Assembly: GCF_006345805.1 (NCBI RefSeq)
Contig: NC_043000.1
Location: 76,012,001-76,076,000 of the forward strand
Source of the DNA: Octopus sinensis
Lineage: Eukaryota
DNA: 64,000 nt
Reading direction: 5' to 3'
The notes below the pieces were generated by a model. It saw nothing but the letters and a program-made list of their open reading frames with translations, ran no database searches and was not told where the DNA came from. Shown here in pieces: positions 1 to 13,149 of the stretch. The stretch's first letter is position 1. Every line of letters begins with the position of its first letter. Made by a program: the position numbers and the translations under genes.

Positions 1-219
1 TATATATATATATATGTGTGTGTGTATATGTTTGTGCGTCTGTGCTTGTCTGGTGTATTTATGTCCCCGTAACTTAGCGGTTCGGCAAAAAAGTGACCGA
101 TAGAATAAGTACTAGGCTTACAAAGAATAAGCCCTGGAGTCAATTTGCTCGACTACAGGCAGTGCCCCAGCATGGCCACAATCAAATGACTGAAACAAAT
201 AAAAGAATAAAGAATTATT

Positions 220-1636
220 TTGATACCTTTACCTATTAACCTCTTATCCCTTATAAGTTGTTAATATTCTTAAATAGAGTTATAAACTTTCTAGTTACTT
301 AAACCTATGAGAATTGATTATAACATACCCATAATAAAGTAGAAATGTTTGTGTATATTTGCAGATGAGCACATAGTTAAATATGTGTATCTGTGCACAA
401 CTTTTTTTCTGATTCTTAGCTTATAATTAATATATAAATAGCATGATTTATCGCCCCAGTATCCTATAAGTAAATACCAGAACAGTCTTTATAGATACCA
501 CCTGATAAGTAAATAATTAAATACCTGTATGAATATTAAACTAATTCTATGTAATCTTCCCTTTCTAATGTTTAAAATTGGTATATATACACATTTATCT
601 ATCCTGGTTATAATATCGTTTTTAATAATCTTAAATTTTATCTTTATACAATATAATAATATTGTTTATATACAATCACCCACAGTACTCCTTGATAATT
701 TCCTCTGTATTAACATCATAGGTTTTATTAGCGTCTTGCTCCTTTAACTGGTAATTAACATCTTGATTTAGGGTCTTTCCCTATCCAGCCTCCTTTATAG
801 ACAGTTACTTTATACTAAACCTAAGATCCTGACAATATTTATGACTATACCCAGCCACGTACTGTCAACTCATTCCTGCCCTCCATTCTAAACAGACACA
901 ATCCACTAGTCTTTTGGTAGTTGATAATAAGACTAATAAATTAAAAATAAACAATAATCCTTTACAAGCTGACCCCTACAAAACTTCATACAGTTCTTAG
1001 AAGTGTAGTATATTTTTAACTACATTAATGATAGCATGGACTCTTTCCCTATTCTAGCTCTATTAGAGCATTTGAGTAAAATTATAGTAATGTGTCCAAC
1101 TGATTAAAAAATTCTATTTATTTATTTATGCAGCTGAGGAAATCCCTGCATTTAAATTGGTGTAAGGATTGCATTGTTCAAGTAAATGGAGCTGTTTGAA
1201 ACGGTCGTACTGCATTACCTCTTGATATCTTGTTGCATATTTTGATTTTATTCACCTTACCTTGAGTTGTACGGATAATACCACACTTACCTGGTGCTTC
1301 AACTTAAGCACCTAATTCAACTGAATATATATATATAAATTAGAAAAAAACACCTTTAATCAATTCAATAATGAAAAAATTAGATTATACCATTTAGAAA
1401 AAATTACATCTTATAGAAAGATTAAATATAAGATAAAACATATACCAATGATTAAGTAATGTACAAAATAATAAATAAAATGTATATGTTTATCATTTTG
1501 CACATTACATAATCATTGGTATATGTTTTATCTTATATTTAATCTTTCTATAAGATGTAATTTTTCTAAATGGTATGATTTAATTTTTTCATTATTGAAT
1601 TGATTAAAGGAGGTTTTTTTCTAATTTATATATATA

Positions 1637-1677
<41 letters not shown>

Positions 1678-1740
1678 GAAATTTGATTTAGTATTTCTAA
1701 ATTGAATTATTTCCCTGTAAGTTTGGAATAATATTCCCTC

Positions 1741-1778
<38 letters not shown>

Positions 1779-3250
1779 GCAAAAATTTAGATTCAGATGA
1801 ATATGGTACTACCCGTACTACAAATATTTTAGAAATTAGCACTTTATTGATCTTGTGATTTAAAACCTATAATATACCCCTTAGTTTAAAATCAGTGCAT
1901 AGGTAGCATGCCTTACAGCATTAATTTTCCTTTAGTTAATACTGGGTATCAGTTATTATAGATACAAGCTAATTAAGTTAATAAACAATTTTTAATTTTA
2001 AATTCTTGAATTATTACATATTTTCTATAAATCTTTTCTATTGAAGTTACTAAGTTGTATATATACTTCATCTTGATTTTAGTGATTAAGCTATTTTATA
2101 GCCTTTTCTATGGTGTTTCTACCCTACCTGATCATTTTAATACTTTATAATTGTCTTTAGACAAACCTAAATTTTTGTACCCCTATAAAAATTAAACTGT
2201 TTAGATTACAATTTAACTAATTTATAGTAAATTTGTTCTCTCACCTCAATGATAAATCTTCCTGATAACCCTAAATTTTAACTTTATATAATAAGACAAT
2301 ATTGTTTGAAATGATCTTTAGAAATTACTTGATTTATTTATTTCCTAAATGGCTCTACACTCCTGATCTTAGTATTTATAAGGGCCTTTAAATAAATAAC
2401 CCTTCTAAACAAGTACCACTAAGAAACTATAAATATAATGTAGGGAGTAACAATAATAACTTCTTAAATCTATAAAATAAACCTTATTTTTTAAAAAAAG
2501 ATTAGTGTAAAATATGAATGTTCCATAACTTAAATATTCCTTTAGCTGATACCAGACATCAATCTTTTATTGATATTAGCTAAATAAGTAAATATATAAT
2601 TTTTAGTCTAATATATTTTGAATTATTGTACTTTGTCTAAAAATCTTCTCTATTGGTGTTAATAAGCAACATATTCTTTACCATAGTATTAGTAATTAAG
2701 ATATTATATTTCTTTTCTATGGTGTTCTGCCCTACTTGATTATTTATATTTCATTTCTTTATTATTTGATAATTAGCCTTTATTTATTTATAAAATTAAT
2801 CTAATTTTTGTATCTCTATAAATTCATACTTAGCTTATATAAAACTATACTGGTAAACGGCTTAGATTATAATTTTATTAATATATAATTAGCATGTTCT
2901 TTTACCTCAATACTTCTTTATTAATACCAGTATATACCAATTAATCCATATTCACAGATACCATCTGATGATTTAGTATTTAAGTGTACAATATGTATAA
3001 ATATTAAACTATTTCTGGATAATTTCTTTTCCTCCCTCTATTGTGGTAAAAGTTTGGTATATATTCAAAAGTATTCATCAATTTCTATCCTTTTGTTATA
3101 ATATTCTTCTTAATAATCCTCTGAATAACCCTAATTTTAACTGTATACAATATAGCAACATTATTTAAAATATTTAACTATAGTACTACATGATAAGACT
3201 TCCCCTGTTTCATTATCAATGGTCTACTAGTGGGCGACCCCCTTAATTGT
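220..3250 (-). mobile_element. Heavily decayed LINE relics (RTE-like), with two diverged copies of an RT segment (~2040-2330 and ~2640-3200)
   Basis: Residual RT-like pieces on the minus strand (GRNTI-, RSGV-like) and internal similarity between the two segments. No intact ORF. Confidence 0.4.
1325..1640. repeat. Fold-back / MITE-like element with ~140-bp inverted arms, flanked by (AT)n
   Basis: 1325-1468 is nearly the reverse complement of 1495-1640, with a ~26-bp spacer. Confidence 0.8.
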
Positions 3251-3480
3251 CAGCTAACATCTTGTTTTAAGTTTTCCTTTACCAAACCTCATGACATTGC
3301 TTCTAATAAATCTTGATTTTTTATGACTACAACAACTATGATTTCTGTCTGCTCCCTCAGCCCTACCCCTAACAGATACTGCCCTTTGTTCTCTCAACCA
3401 TAGATATACAAGGATTTGATAAACTAGTCTATAAATTAAAACTGAACCCATAAAAACGAAAACAAAAATCAATGACAGGC

Positions 3481-4150
3481 AGATGCCTTCAGCTAGGCCG
3501 AAATAATGTCTTCGCCACTTGACCCTTTCTAACCTCTTCTACTTCGCCAAAAGCTAGAATAGAGATAACAAGACCACCAACTAAACCTATTGTTCTCAAT
3601 GAGATGTCTATCCTTCTGGATAGTTATAAAACAAGAACCCCCAAGCAAAAACCAAGTAGTCACTTGGCGACAACTGAGCGAGGCGGCTCGTGATGACTCA
3701 ATTAGTTAGGGAACGGACTGCTAGAATCATGAGCACAAGGAATGCAGCTACTAAAGATAATGGTCAGCGAGAGAAAGGAAATTTGCTGTCAGCAACTGAG
3801 ACAACACCCTACAACTCTCACTAGCTCTAATTCTGTTCTCTTACAACATCATTCTATCTCTCTCCGCAATTACTACAAAACAATGAAGAGAACACAAACA
3901 CAAACTTTACTTCGCATGGTTTTGGATTTATCATAACCTGCCCGTCGAGGCAAGGTATTGTAACGTAACGGTAAATAAATACTTTCTTAAAACTTAATGC
4001 ATTGTTCATCTTTCACATCCTATAGTATGCAATTATAACAACAATTTTTTATCGTTACAACTGCTGACTCAGACATTTTATAATATTGTTTACAAATCAA
4101 TTTCACCCGCTAGAAATGGTGAGCCTTGACTTCAACTAAAAACTTTATCG
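3481..4150 (+). repeat. Dispersed unclassified repeat, copy 1
   Basis: Alignable to 56040-56660, with long identical runs (e.g. caactctcactagctctaattctgtt...ggtattgtaacgtaacggtaaataaata). Confidence 0.85.
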
Positions 4151-4221
4151 TTACATATATATGGTTGTCATATGTTTTTGATAACATAATTGGTTAGATA
4201 GGATGATGTCTGTATTACAAT

Positions 4222-4580
4222 ATTACAATAACCAATAATGCCACTCCGTCTGTTACGATGACGAGAGTTCCAGTTGATCCGATCAACGGAACAACAAACA
4301 TGTGTACCCTTAACGTAGTTCTCGGGGAGATTCAGCGTGACAGTGTGTGACAAGGCTGGCCCTTTGAAATACAGGTACAAGAGAAACAGGAAGAAAGAGT
4401 GAGAGAAAGTTGTGGTGAAAGAGTACAGCAGGGTTCACCAGTACCCCCTGCCGGAGGCTCGTGGAATTTTAGGTGTTTTCGCTCTATAAACACTCACAAC
4501 GCCCAGTCTGGGAATCGAAGCCGCGATCCCACGACCACGAATCCGCTGCCCTAACCACTGGGCCATTGCGCCTCCACGAT
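4222..4580 (-). mobile_element. tRNA-derived SINE, family C
   Basis: Minus-strand head gtggaggcgcaatggcccagtggttagggcagcgg...gcttcgattcc carries A and B boxes, followed by a non-tRNA body. Confidence 0.8.
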
Positions 4581-4754
4581 AACCAATAATATGTTGTGCA
4601 TGTATAATAATATTACGATCCTGAAATTAGCATTGGCTTATCTCTCTCTTTCTCGTAGAATCTCTAGGAAGCTTTTGTCGAACCCTAGGGTTCCGGGGAA
4701 CTCTGATTGAGAAACATTGGGTCAAAGAATGATCATTGCTATAAGGTTCTTAGC

Positions 4755-4980
4755 GGTATAGGTGAGCCTGCAGAAACGTTAGCACACCGGGCGAAATACG
4801 TAGCCGTATTTCGTCTGCCGTTATGTTCTGAGTTCAAATTCCGCCGAGGTCGACTTTGCCTTTCATCCTTTCGGGGTCGATAAATTAAGTACCAGTTACG
4901 GACTGGGGTCAATGTAATCGACTTAATCCGTTTGTCCCCTCTGTGTTTAGCCCCTTGTGGGTAGTAAAGAAATAGGTATA
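4755..4980 (+). mobile_element. tRNA-derived SINE, family B (core gccgaggtcgactttgcctttcatcctttcggggtcgataaattaagtacc)
   Basis: B box gagttcaaattcc. Near-identical copies at 57950-58185 (-) and 60845-61075 (-), and partial copies at 17880-18390 (+). Confidence 0.85.
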
Positions 4981-5541
4981 GGTGACTTTGCAGACTTGAT
5001 GGCCGAAGGCACATAACCTCTCTATAACTGGAAATAGGAAAGACTCTTGGTCAGCTGGAACTGTAAAGAAAAATCCCGACACGAAATTCCACCGTTGGAC
5101 TATTCGGAGCGGAAGGTGAAGGGTGGCGTGTTGACAAGATGGCGTTATCTCCCTTACTTCGCTTCCAATTGCGTCTGAAAAGGGACAGTATATGGATAAT
5201 TACTTTTCGCTAGTCGGCAACCGAGGAATTTCATGATGGGGACACTGACTAAAAAGAAGGAAAGTTATGTGCCTCTGCCATCGAGTTAACTATACTGCTA
5301 AAAACCATAGAGGTGGGAAAGCAATGGTCACTCTCTGACCGGCCATGAAGTTTTACAGTATGCTTCTTTTCGGAAGTACACTCTCATCTTTGAAGTACAC
5401 ACACACACACACACACATTAACTAAATAAGGAAAGTGAGAGATGTTTATTCCATTTGTTGACAGGTGTTTCGTAATCTATGTCCAGTTACATCAGCGGTG
5501 CTAAATCCTTCATCTTACATATAAATAAATAATAAATAAAT

Positions 5542-5617
<76 letters not shown>

Positions 5618-5689
5618 ACATATATACATATAAATATAATTGTGCTGTAACATAATGAACGTTTCATTTACACTGCTTTTTGGACAAAG

Positions 5690-6200
5690 TTTATTTTCTC
5701 TCAGCCTCCAGGCCAGCCTTTATGTCGAACCTAACATCTTTTTCCGGGGTACAAGGTTGGATGTTGTCGACTCTTTCGTCTACTTGGCAGCACTCTCTCT
5801 AAAGATGAATTTCTTGATTCTGAAAGAAATCTGAGATCGAAAAAGCCAACAAAATATTCGAAAATCGTGTCTAGTTTGATAGAAGCATCACCATCAAAGC
5901 CAAACTCAGATTCTATGAATCACGCGCTTTAACTGCCCTTTGTACTCTTCTGGGACTTGGACTATCGTCGTTACATCAAGGTTTTGGAAAGATTCCATCA
6001 AACGTGCCTTGGCAGGATCTTAAGCAGCAAATGGCAGTTTCTAACACCAGACATCGTTCGTCTTCAGCATGCCAACACATCCGGCATTGAAATGCTTTTC
6101 ATATACAATCAGATGAATTGAGTTGGGCGCCTTAGTAGGATGCAGGATGACAGGTTACCTAAGGAGTTGTTTTATGGGGAGTTGCCACGTGATAAACGTC
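5690..6200 (+). mobile_element. RTE (BovB-like) LINE 3' fragment
   Basis: Translates to ...LDVVDSFVYL..., then YRRYIKVLERFHQTCLGRIL...RMQDDRLPKELFYGEL, typical of the RTE RT C-terminus. Confidence 0.75.
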
Positions 6201-6462
6201 CTTTTCTTTCTTCCGCCTGTAACAACTAACTTGTATAAGCACATACCAGATTTTGTGCGCGTGCGTGTGTGCGCGTACATATTAAAAAAAAATTTTTTTT
6301 AATTTACTTGTTTCAGTCATTTTGACTGCGGCCTTGCTGGAGCACCGCCTTTTAGTCGAGCAACTCGACCCCGGGACTCATTCTTTTTGTAAGCCCAGTA
6401 CTTATTCTATCGGTCTCTTTTTGCCGAACCGCTATATATATGCACACACACATTTGTATATA

Positions 6463-6604
6463 CAGTAGAACCTCGGTTTTCGAACAACTTTGATCACGAA
6501 TAAATGGTACTTTATCTCCTTTCTTTCTCATATTCATTTAATTCGTAGTACCTCCGTTTAAGAACGCCTCTGATCCCGAATAAATCGCGCTTTATATATA
6601 TCTA

Positions 6605-6682
<78 letters not shown>

Positions 6683-9600
6683 CAAACACCTCCTCAAAGA
6701 CATTTCAAAAGAAGAAAAAAAACTGAAACTTTCGAAATGAATAAGTGACCTTCCCTCTTGCCTCTTGTCTCTTTCAATGTAGTGTGTGAAACACAAATTT
6801 CTTAAACATCAATTATGCTTAAATTAGGTTGTGTGAATGCGCGTGGCTTGGCGTCGGCTTGGATGCAAGGTTACCTTCTAAACGACATCAAGTCACTGAA
6901 CGTGGATATAGTAGCTATCAGTGAAACCAGACTCAGCAAGCCACGGGCCCTCGCGTCCATGTTTGGCGATCAATTCGACATTTATTTTTCTCCCTGTCTG
7001 CCGAACATGGGTGGTGGAGGTACCGCGGTGCTTTTTCGAAAGAGTCTAAATGTAAAAGTAAGAACAATATTCCTAGACCCGGAGGGTAGGCTGGTTGTCT
7101 TGGACGTGGATGGCAGAAATGGGTGTGCATTCCGTCTGATGGCAGTTTATGCACCGTCCTTAACAGATCGAGCGGATTTCTTCAGACGTCTAGAGGTTTT
7201 CCTGGGTACGTCTAGACCTTTACTGTTAGTAGGGGATTGGAACGCTACCTTGGACACGCATCTAGACTATGTGGGAATGAATAGGGATAGAAGGGGCTGT
7301 AAGTACCTCAAAGACATGCTCAGACGTTTCCATTTGTCTGACAGGTCGACCATCCGAACGTGCCAACGTGGACTTGGACAAACCACGTCGGATCATCGGG
7401 ATCTTATCTAGATAGAATTCTATGCAGGACAGCGGATAGGGATAGTGTAGGATGTCCACAATTTAAAATAGTCGGCTACACAGATCACAAATTTGTGACG
7501 TGTACGCTCGACTTAGATAAGACACATAGACAGGGTCCCGGTTACTGGAAACTGAACACGTCGCTCTTAGCGCGACAGGTTTACAGGAACCGGATTAGCG
7601 AGTTAATTAAGAGGGCGTTGGCGGGAGCCGTCGTTAACAACCGCTGGCAGTTCGCCCTGAAAATGGCAATAAAATCGGAATCAATTAGGTTTAGCAAGGA
7701 ATTAGCGATAGATCGAAATAGAGTAGAGGGAGACTTGGTTAAGAAACTAGAAGAGGCGCTTACCACTGGCAGCGCAACCAACGTGCTGGCTGCGAGGATG
7801 GCCCTCGACCAACACCTCAACGCCAAACACGAAGGTTGCGTCGTCAGAGCTAAAATGCGTGCCTTAAGGAACGAAGGGATCGAAGCTGCGCGTGAGGCCC
7901 GGGTAGCGGAGGCGCAACGTGGCAACAGAGCAACCATTCGGTCTCTAATAGATCAACAGGGATGCAGTTTACTCGAACCCGAAAGGATGTGTGAGGCCTT
8001 TCAACACTTTGCTCGACTGTTTGGTGCGAGTTGTGGGTCGGAACGCGGGATGGATTTCAGTGCCTACCTGACCGATCTGCCGCGGCTCTCGGCAAGAGAA
8101 GCGGAGTGTTGTGAAAGTCTCATCACAGCCGCTGACGTGCGGGATGCGATGGCGAGCTGCGCGAGGGATAAGTCGCCTGGATTGAATGGTTTACCCTACG
8201 AGCTGTATTGTCAAATGCCAGACTTGTTTGGCGACCTCTTGGCATCAGTCTACTGCAACTGGCAACAAAACGGGAGAATCCCCGGTTTCGTGAGCCGAGG
8301 TGCAGTGACGTTGCTGAAGAAAGACCCAAACAAGGGGAATTTTATAGATAATTTCAGGCCCATCACTCTGAAAATTTTGGCCAAAGTAATAGCCGAGAGG
8401 TTGGCGCTTGTCATTGGTAAACTGGTCGACAGGGCGCAAACATGCGCCGTGCCGGGCAGAACCATACATGACAACCTCCATCTGATGCGCTACATTGTGG
8501 ACAGGGTAGTTAAGGATCCTGGCATAGGTGGGGCGCTGATCAATTTGGATCAGTCTAAAGCCTTCGATAAGGTCGACCATCAGTACTTGGCGGCCGTCCT
8601 CAGGGCAGCTGGCTTCGGTCCCGTCTTCCGCGGTGATTCGGGTGAACGGTCACCTGTCGAAATCGTTTGACATCACGCGTTCGGTCCGTCAGGGGTGTCC
8701 CCTGTCGGTGCTTCTGAATGTATTGACTCTCGAGCCGCTACTGCGGAAGCTGGCGACACTGAGGGGCATCCCACGGGAACTGGGTTGCGGGACGAGCGTG
8801 TCGGCATATGCGGACGATGTCACCGTCATAGTGTCGAGCGAAAAACACATCCTGATGATAGGCGAGACACTAAAAAAATACGAAACGGTGACGGGGGCGA
8901 AAATTAAACCGGAAAAGTCAGTGGAGAAGCAAGCCCATACCGTCCGACTGCGGCTCAGTAGTGGACGGACGGACCGGTTAAATTGCTCGGGGTCTGGTTC
9001 GGTTCGGACCTCCAAATGGATAAGAACTGGGACGAGATCACGAGTAGAGTGGTCGCTCTCAGCCAAACATGGGCCGAGAGAAAGCTGTCTCTAAAAGGTC
9101 AGGCGGATGTGGCGAACGCGTACATCGCATCCGTCATCGATTACCGCCTGACCGTCGTGCCTTGTCCCGACGCCATCATCACCAAACTGGAACGCATACT
9201 CTTCCTCTTTCTGTGGAAGGGTGGCGTTCCGATGCTGTCAACATCCGTTAAATGGAGGACTGGGCATGCCGTGGTTGATGATGCGCAGGCATGCGCTGAG
9301 ACTGCGACATCTCTGAAACTTCATCGATGACGGTGAACAGGTGTGGGCGCCGTTTGTGAGGCACGCCTTCCCGCAGCTCGTCTCACTGACCGAACTGCAA
9401 ACGTGGATCAAGAAGAGACCGAAACTGGGCGATTGGCACCGAGAGTGTCGCCAAGCTCTACAACAGCTCTACCGTCCGGGGTCAAACTTGTGCAACTTAC
9501 AAACGACTAAAGCGTTCTATAGAGGACTAGTGGAGGGCAGGTCCGATGACACACTCGGGGCAAACCTGGGCGTCGACGAGAAATTCCTAACCCGCCTTTT

Positions 9601-10410
9601 CAGAACGACGTTCGGGCCGGGGCCTATGGATAACTTCCAGAGATTCCTGGCTTGGCAATGCTATCGAGACGCACTACCTGTTTGAGAGAAGAGCTACAGC
9701 CAAGGTTAGAAAACCATCACCGGACCGACCTGCCCGAGATGCGGTCAGAACGACGAAACCGTTCTTCACGCACTCGTGCAGTGTCCAGATATTTCAGAGC
9801 TGTGGACCTTCGTTGAACAGCTGTTGTCGCATGTAGGACGGGCCCGCTTATCGGTCGAGTCTATCGTGAATATTGTTCCACCACCTTCCTTTAAACGGGA
9901 AGGGAAAACAGTTTTCGTTACGCTGATGGTTATGGCGAAAAAATGTGTGTGGTGGACGCGTTTGAAAGGACTACTCTCTGGTCAGTCTCTCGTCAACTTT
10001 TTCAAGTACCACTTGAAAAGGAGGATGAGAATAGAGAGGAAGGCTTTGTCGAACGAATGTTTTAATAAAAAGTGGGTAAAAGTGGCAAAAATGGTGTGTA
10101 TGAAAGACGACACCATTTTAAGCGTAAATATGTAACCAAAACAGACTACGAGAGGTGACTTACTCATGTGTTCATTTTCGAACTGTCTGAGGTGACCTTG
10201 GTCTTTTTTGCAGGTTTTTCTTTCCAAGGCTACACCTAAAATGTGAACTTTATATATATTGCTTTTTTATACACCACATAACCCACAGATCCCTATTGAT
10301 CGAAGGTTTTTTTCTGTGTGTCCCACCCATCCCATCTCGAAAAGAAAAAACTCTACATTGTATTTCGTCCATTTTTTTCTGTGTTTAGACCTGTGTGGCC
10401 ACAATAAAAA

Positions 10411-10479
<69 letters not shown>

Positions 10480-10524
10480 CACGATTTTTCGTGATCAGAG
10501 TTGTTCGAAAACCGAGGTACTACG
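6463..10524. mobile_element. Pogo/Tigger-like non-autonomous DNA element, interrupted by the Tx1 LINE
   Basis: Left TIR cagtagaacctcggttttcgaacaactttgatcacgaa (from 6463) is the inverse of ttcgtgatcagagttgttcgaaaaccgaggtactacg (to 10524). TA on both sides, and the empty site is visible at ~13245-13265. Confidence 0.72.
6683..10412 (+). mobile_element. L1/Tx1-clade LINE, 5'-truncated at the end of ORF1, with a frameshifted ORF2 (APE endonuclease, RT, Cys-His domain)
   Basis: EN motifs NARGL, ISET, VYAP, GDWN, YLDR, TDH. RT motifs FRPITL, LDQSKAFDKVDH, RQGCPLS, YADDV. C-terminal CPRCGQNDETVLHALVQC. AATAAA at 10403. At least 5 frame breaks. Confidence 0.92.
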
Positions 10525-10899
10525 TATTTATGTCTTGCGTATCTATATCTGTATATGTATGTAGCCATGTACCTGCGTCGGTATATTTAGTGTATATACG
10601 TATATTATAGATTGTTTGGTATGTGTATATATTGCTAAATGTATATGTAATCTAGGGTGAATTTTTTTAAACGATATATCTGTTAATTTATTAATTTATT
10701 ATTATTTTTACAGCTGATTATTTTCCCTGGGTATTCAGGCCTTTTCCTTCTTTAAAAGCTATTTTTGATTTAAGGTTTTCTTCGATTTTTATAATAATAT
10801 GATTTTAAACCGCAATTTGTTATTTCGCATTTTTTTCGCATTTATGTGCTTACTCTGGTGAAACACGCTCTTTTTTTAGAAGGTTTGGGCGACTCTCCA

Positions 10900-12540
10900 C
10901 AAGTAGGAAGAAGAAACAGCTGAAAGAAACGGAACTTTATCCACTGGATTTTTCTCTAAAAAATATACTCATCCCGGCACAGAAGCAATACCTCAAGAGT
11001 TATCGAAAAAAGCCTTCTTCTTTGGTACAAAGCAGAAATCTAACGGAAACAAATAATGAACTCGTATAAGATCTTCGTAAACTCCGACAAGATAAAACAT
11101 TTATACGCGGTTGACAAAGATGTCTACTTTCGAACGTCTACTTTCGAACAGCATCGAAATAGTGAATAAAATTTATGGACTTGGAAAAATAGCAAGTCGG
11201 TGATAGATTGGTTCAAAGAGATTAACCATAAGAATCATTGCAAATTTACGCAGTTTGATATTGTCGATTATTACCCGTCAATATCTAGGTCTTTGCTTCT
11301 AAAAGCATTGGACTTCGCAAGCAGTATGTCACCATCGTTAGTTCAGAAATAGATACTATCATGCATGCAAGGATATCCCTTCTTTTTTACAAGTATTCCA
11401 TCTAGGTCAAAAAGAGTGAGGATTCTCTTTTCGATGTACCGATGGGGACATCTAATGGGGTGGACTTAGGTATGCTTATAGGAACTTATATCTTGCGTAA
11501 TCTGCGTCTAGAATTCCCATTTATTGATTATACAGAGATGACGGTCATATAGTCATCCATAATATAAACAGCCATGAGTTAGATAAACTTAGGAAGAATC
11601 TGATTACTTTCTTCCAAAGAATGAGCTTACGGACTACGATAGAACGTAACCTTAATAACGTAGATATTTTAGATATCAACTTAGATTTGCTATTACATAA
11701 ATTTAAACCCTACCGTAAGCCCAATGAAAAGATATGTTATATTAGTAAAGAATTTAATCATCCACCCGTAATTCTTAAGAACCTAGTTAATAATGTTGCG
11801 GAAGGCGAATATCATCAATTTCTGCGGACGAGACAGCATTTCAAAATGTTGCACCATAATGCATTAAGAGAAAGTGGATTCTCGGAGATCAGTATAATCA
11901 AGCTAATTCTAACAATAATAGACCACGTAGAACTAGAACTAAGAAAGTTTTGTGGTTTAACCCCGAATCTAATATTGCCGTAAAAACTGATATAGGTAGG
12001 GAATTCTTAAAATTAGTTTCTAAACATTTTCAATCTAGCCATACGTTCTATAGAATTTATAATAGAACACTGAAGGTTAGCTATTCTTGTTGCAAAAACT
12101 TTGCCTCTTTTATTAACCAGCAAAATACGAAAATTATTACAAACAACTACAGTACCGAATCAAATCTGAGGAACTGCAACTTCAAAGATAAGACTTGCTG
12201 TCCGTCAGAAGGTAAATGTCTTGAAAAAGGAACTTTTTATAGAGCTAAAGTGCAAGTAGATGGTTTGCACTTCCCACCAAAATTCTTTCCGATACTCCGA
12301 GAATAGGACAGCAACTAATCTTGCAAAGCATGTCTGGGAACTGAAAGAGAATGACACCCGCCCTTTCAATGTAACCAGGCAAATTCTAGAAAAAGCATAA
12401 TCATACAGACATGGAGCTTATAAAAGACCTATGAAATGTAATCTTTGCCTCTCAGAAAAGTTCTTCATTCTGTTCCAGGATAAACATGCTTTGAACTAGA
12501 GATGCGAGCTCTTAAATTCGTAGTGCATATTTCGACCTTA
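10900..12540 (+). mobile_element. Penelope-like element ORF relic (RT plus C-terminal Cys/endonuclease region)
   Basis: FDIVDYYPSI, FDVPMG, YRDDG-like, KPYRKPNEKICYISKEFNHPP, FNPE...KTDIGREFLKLVSKHF, KVSYSC, AKHVWELKE, CNLCLSEKFFI. Many stops and frameshifts. Confidence 0.85.
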
Positions 12541-13149
12541 CTTTTAAGAAAGCCTTCGATTGTTTTACAAATTTAAGCTTAAGCTACGCCGAGGTTTATT
12601 TTTATTGCCTACTCACACATTTAATGTTATATCAATTTATTGCGCAATTTCCTTATTTTAACATTTTAATATTATATATACCAGACAGTTTTTAAAATTG
12701 TTTGCGTATATACGTTATGATGTATATATTTATCTTGATGTGAACATATGTCTCTATATATTTATGTGTATGTATGTATGTATGAGTGTGTACGTGTATA
12801 TATGTGCGTGTGTATGTGTATACATATATATATATGTATATATATATGTGTGTGTGTATGTATGTATGTATATGTGTATATACATTTATATATGTGGGCA
12901 TGCATTTGCGTACATAATTTTTTGCATATTTGTATGCGTGTCTATATGTGTGTATTTGTACGTATGTTTGTATTTATGTAGTTATACTTGTAATTTTATG
13001 TGTGCATTTTTATATGTGTACGTTTCGCAAGCTGAACGAAGTATCTAACCTTCATTAGATACCTTTCGAAGGCCATCATTTCACTCTCTCTAACTCTATC
13101 TGCTTTTCCCCTCTTTTCTCCCTCCTTGTTATTCTCTGATTTTTCCTTT

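Noticed and set aside
4500-4580. tRNA-like sequences with A and B boxes
   Set aside because: They are heads of multi-copy SINEs followed by SINE bodies, with no complete cloverleaf seen.
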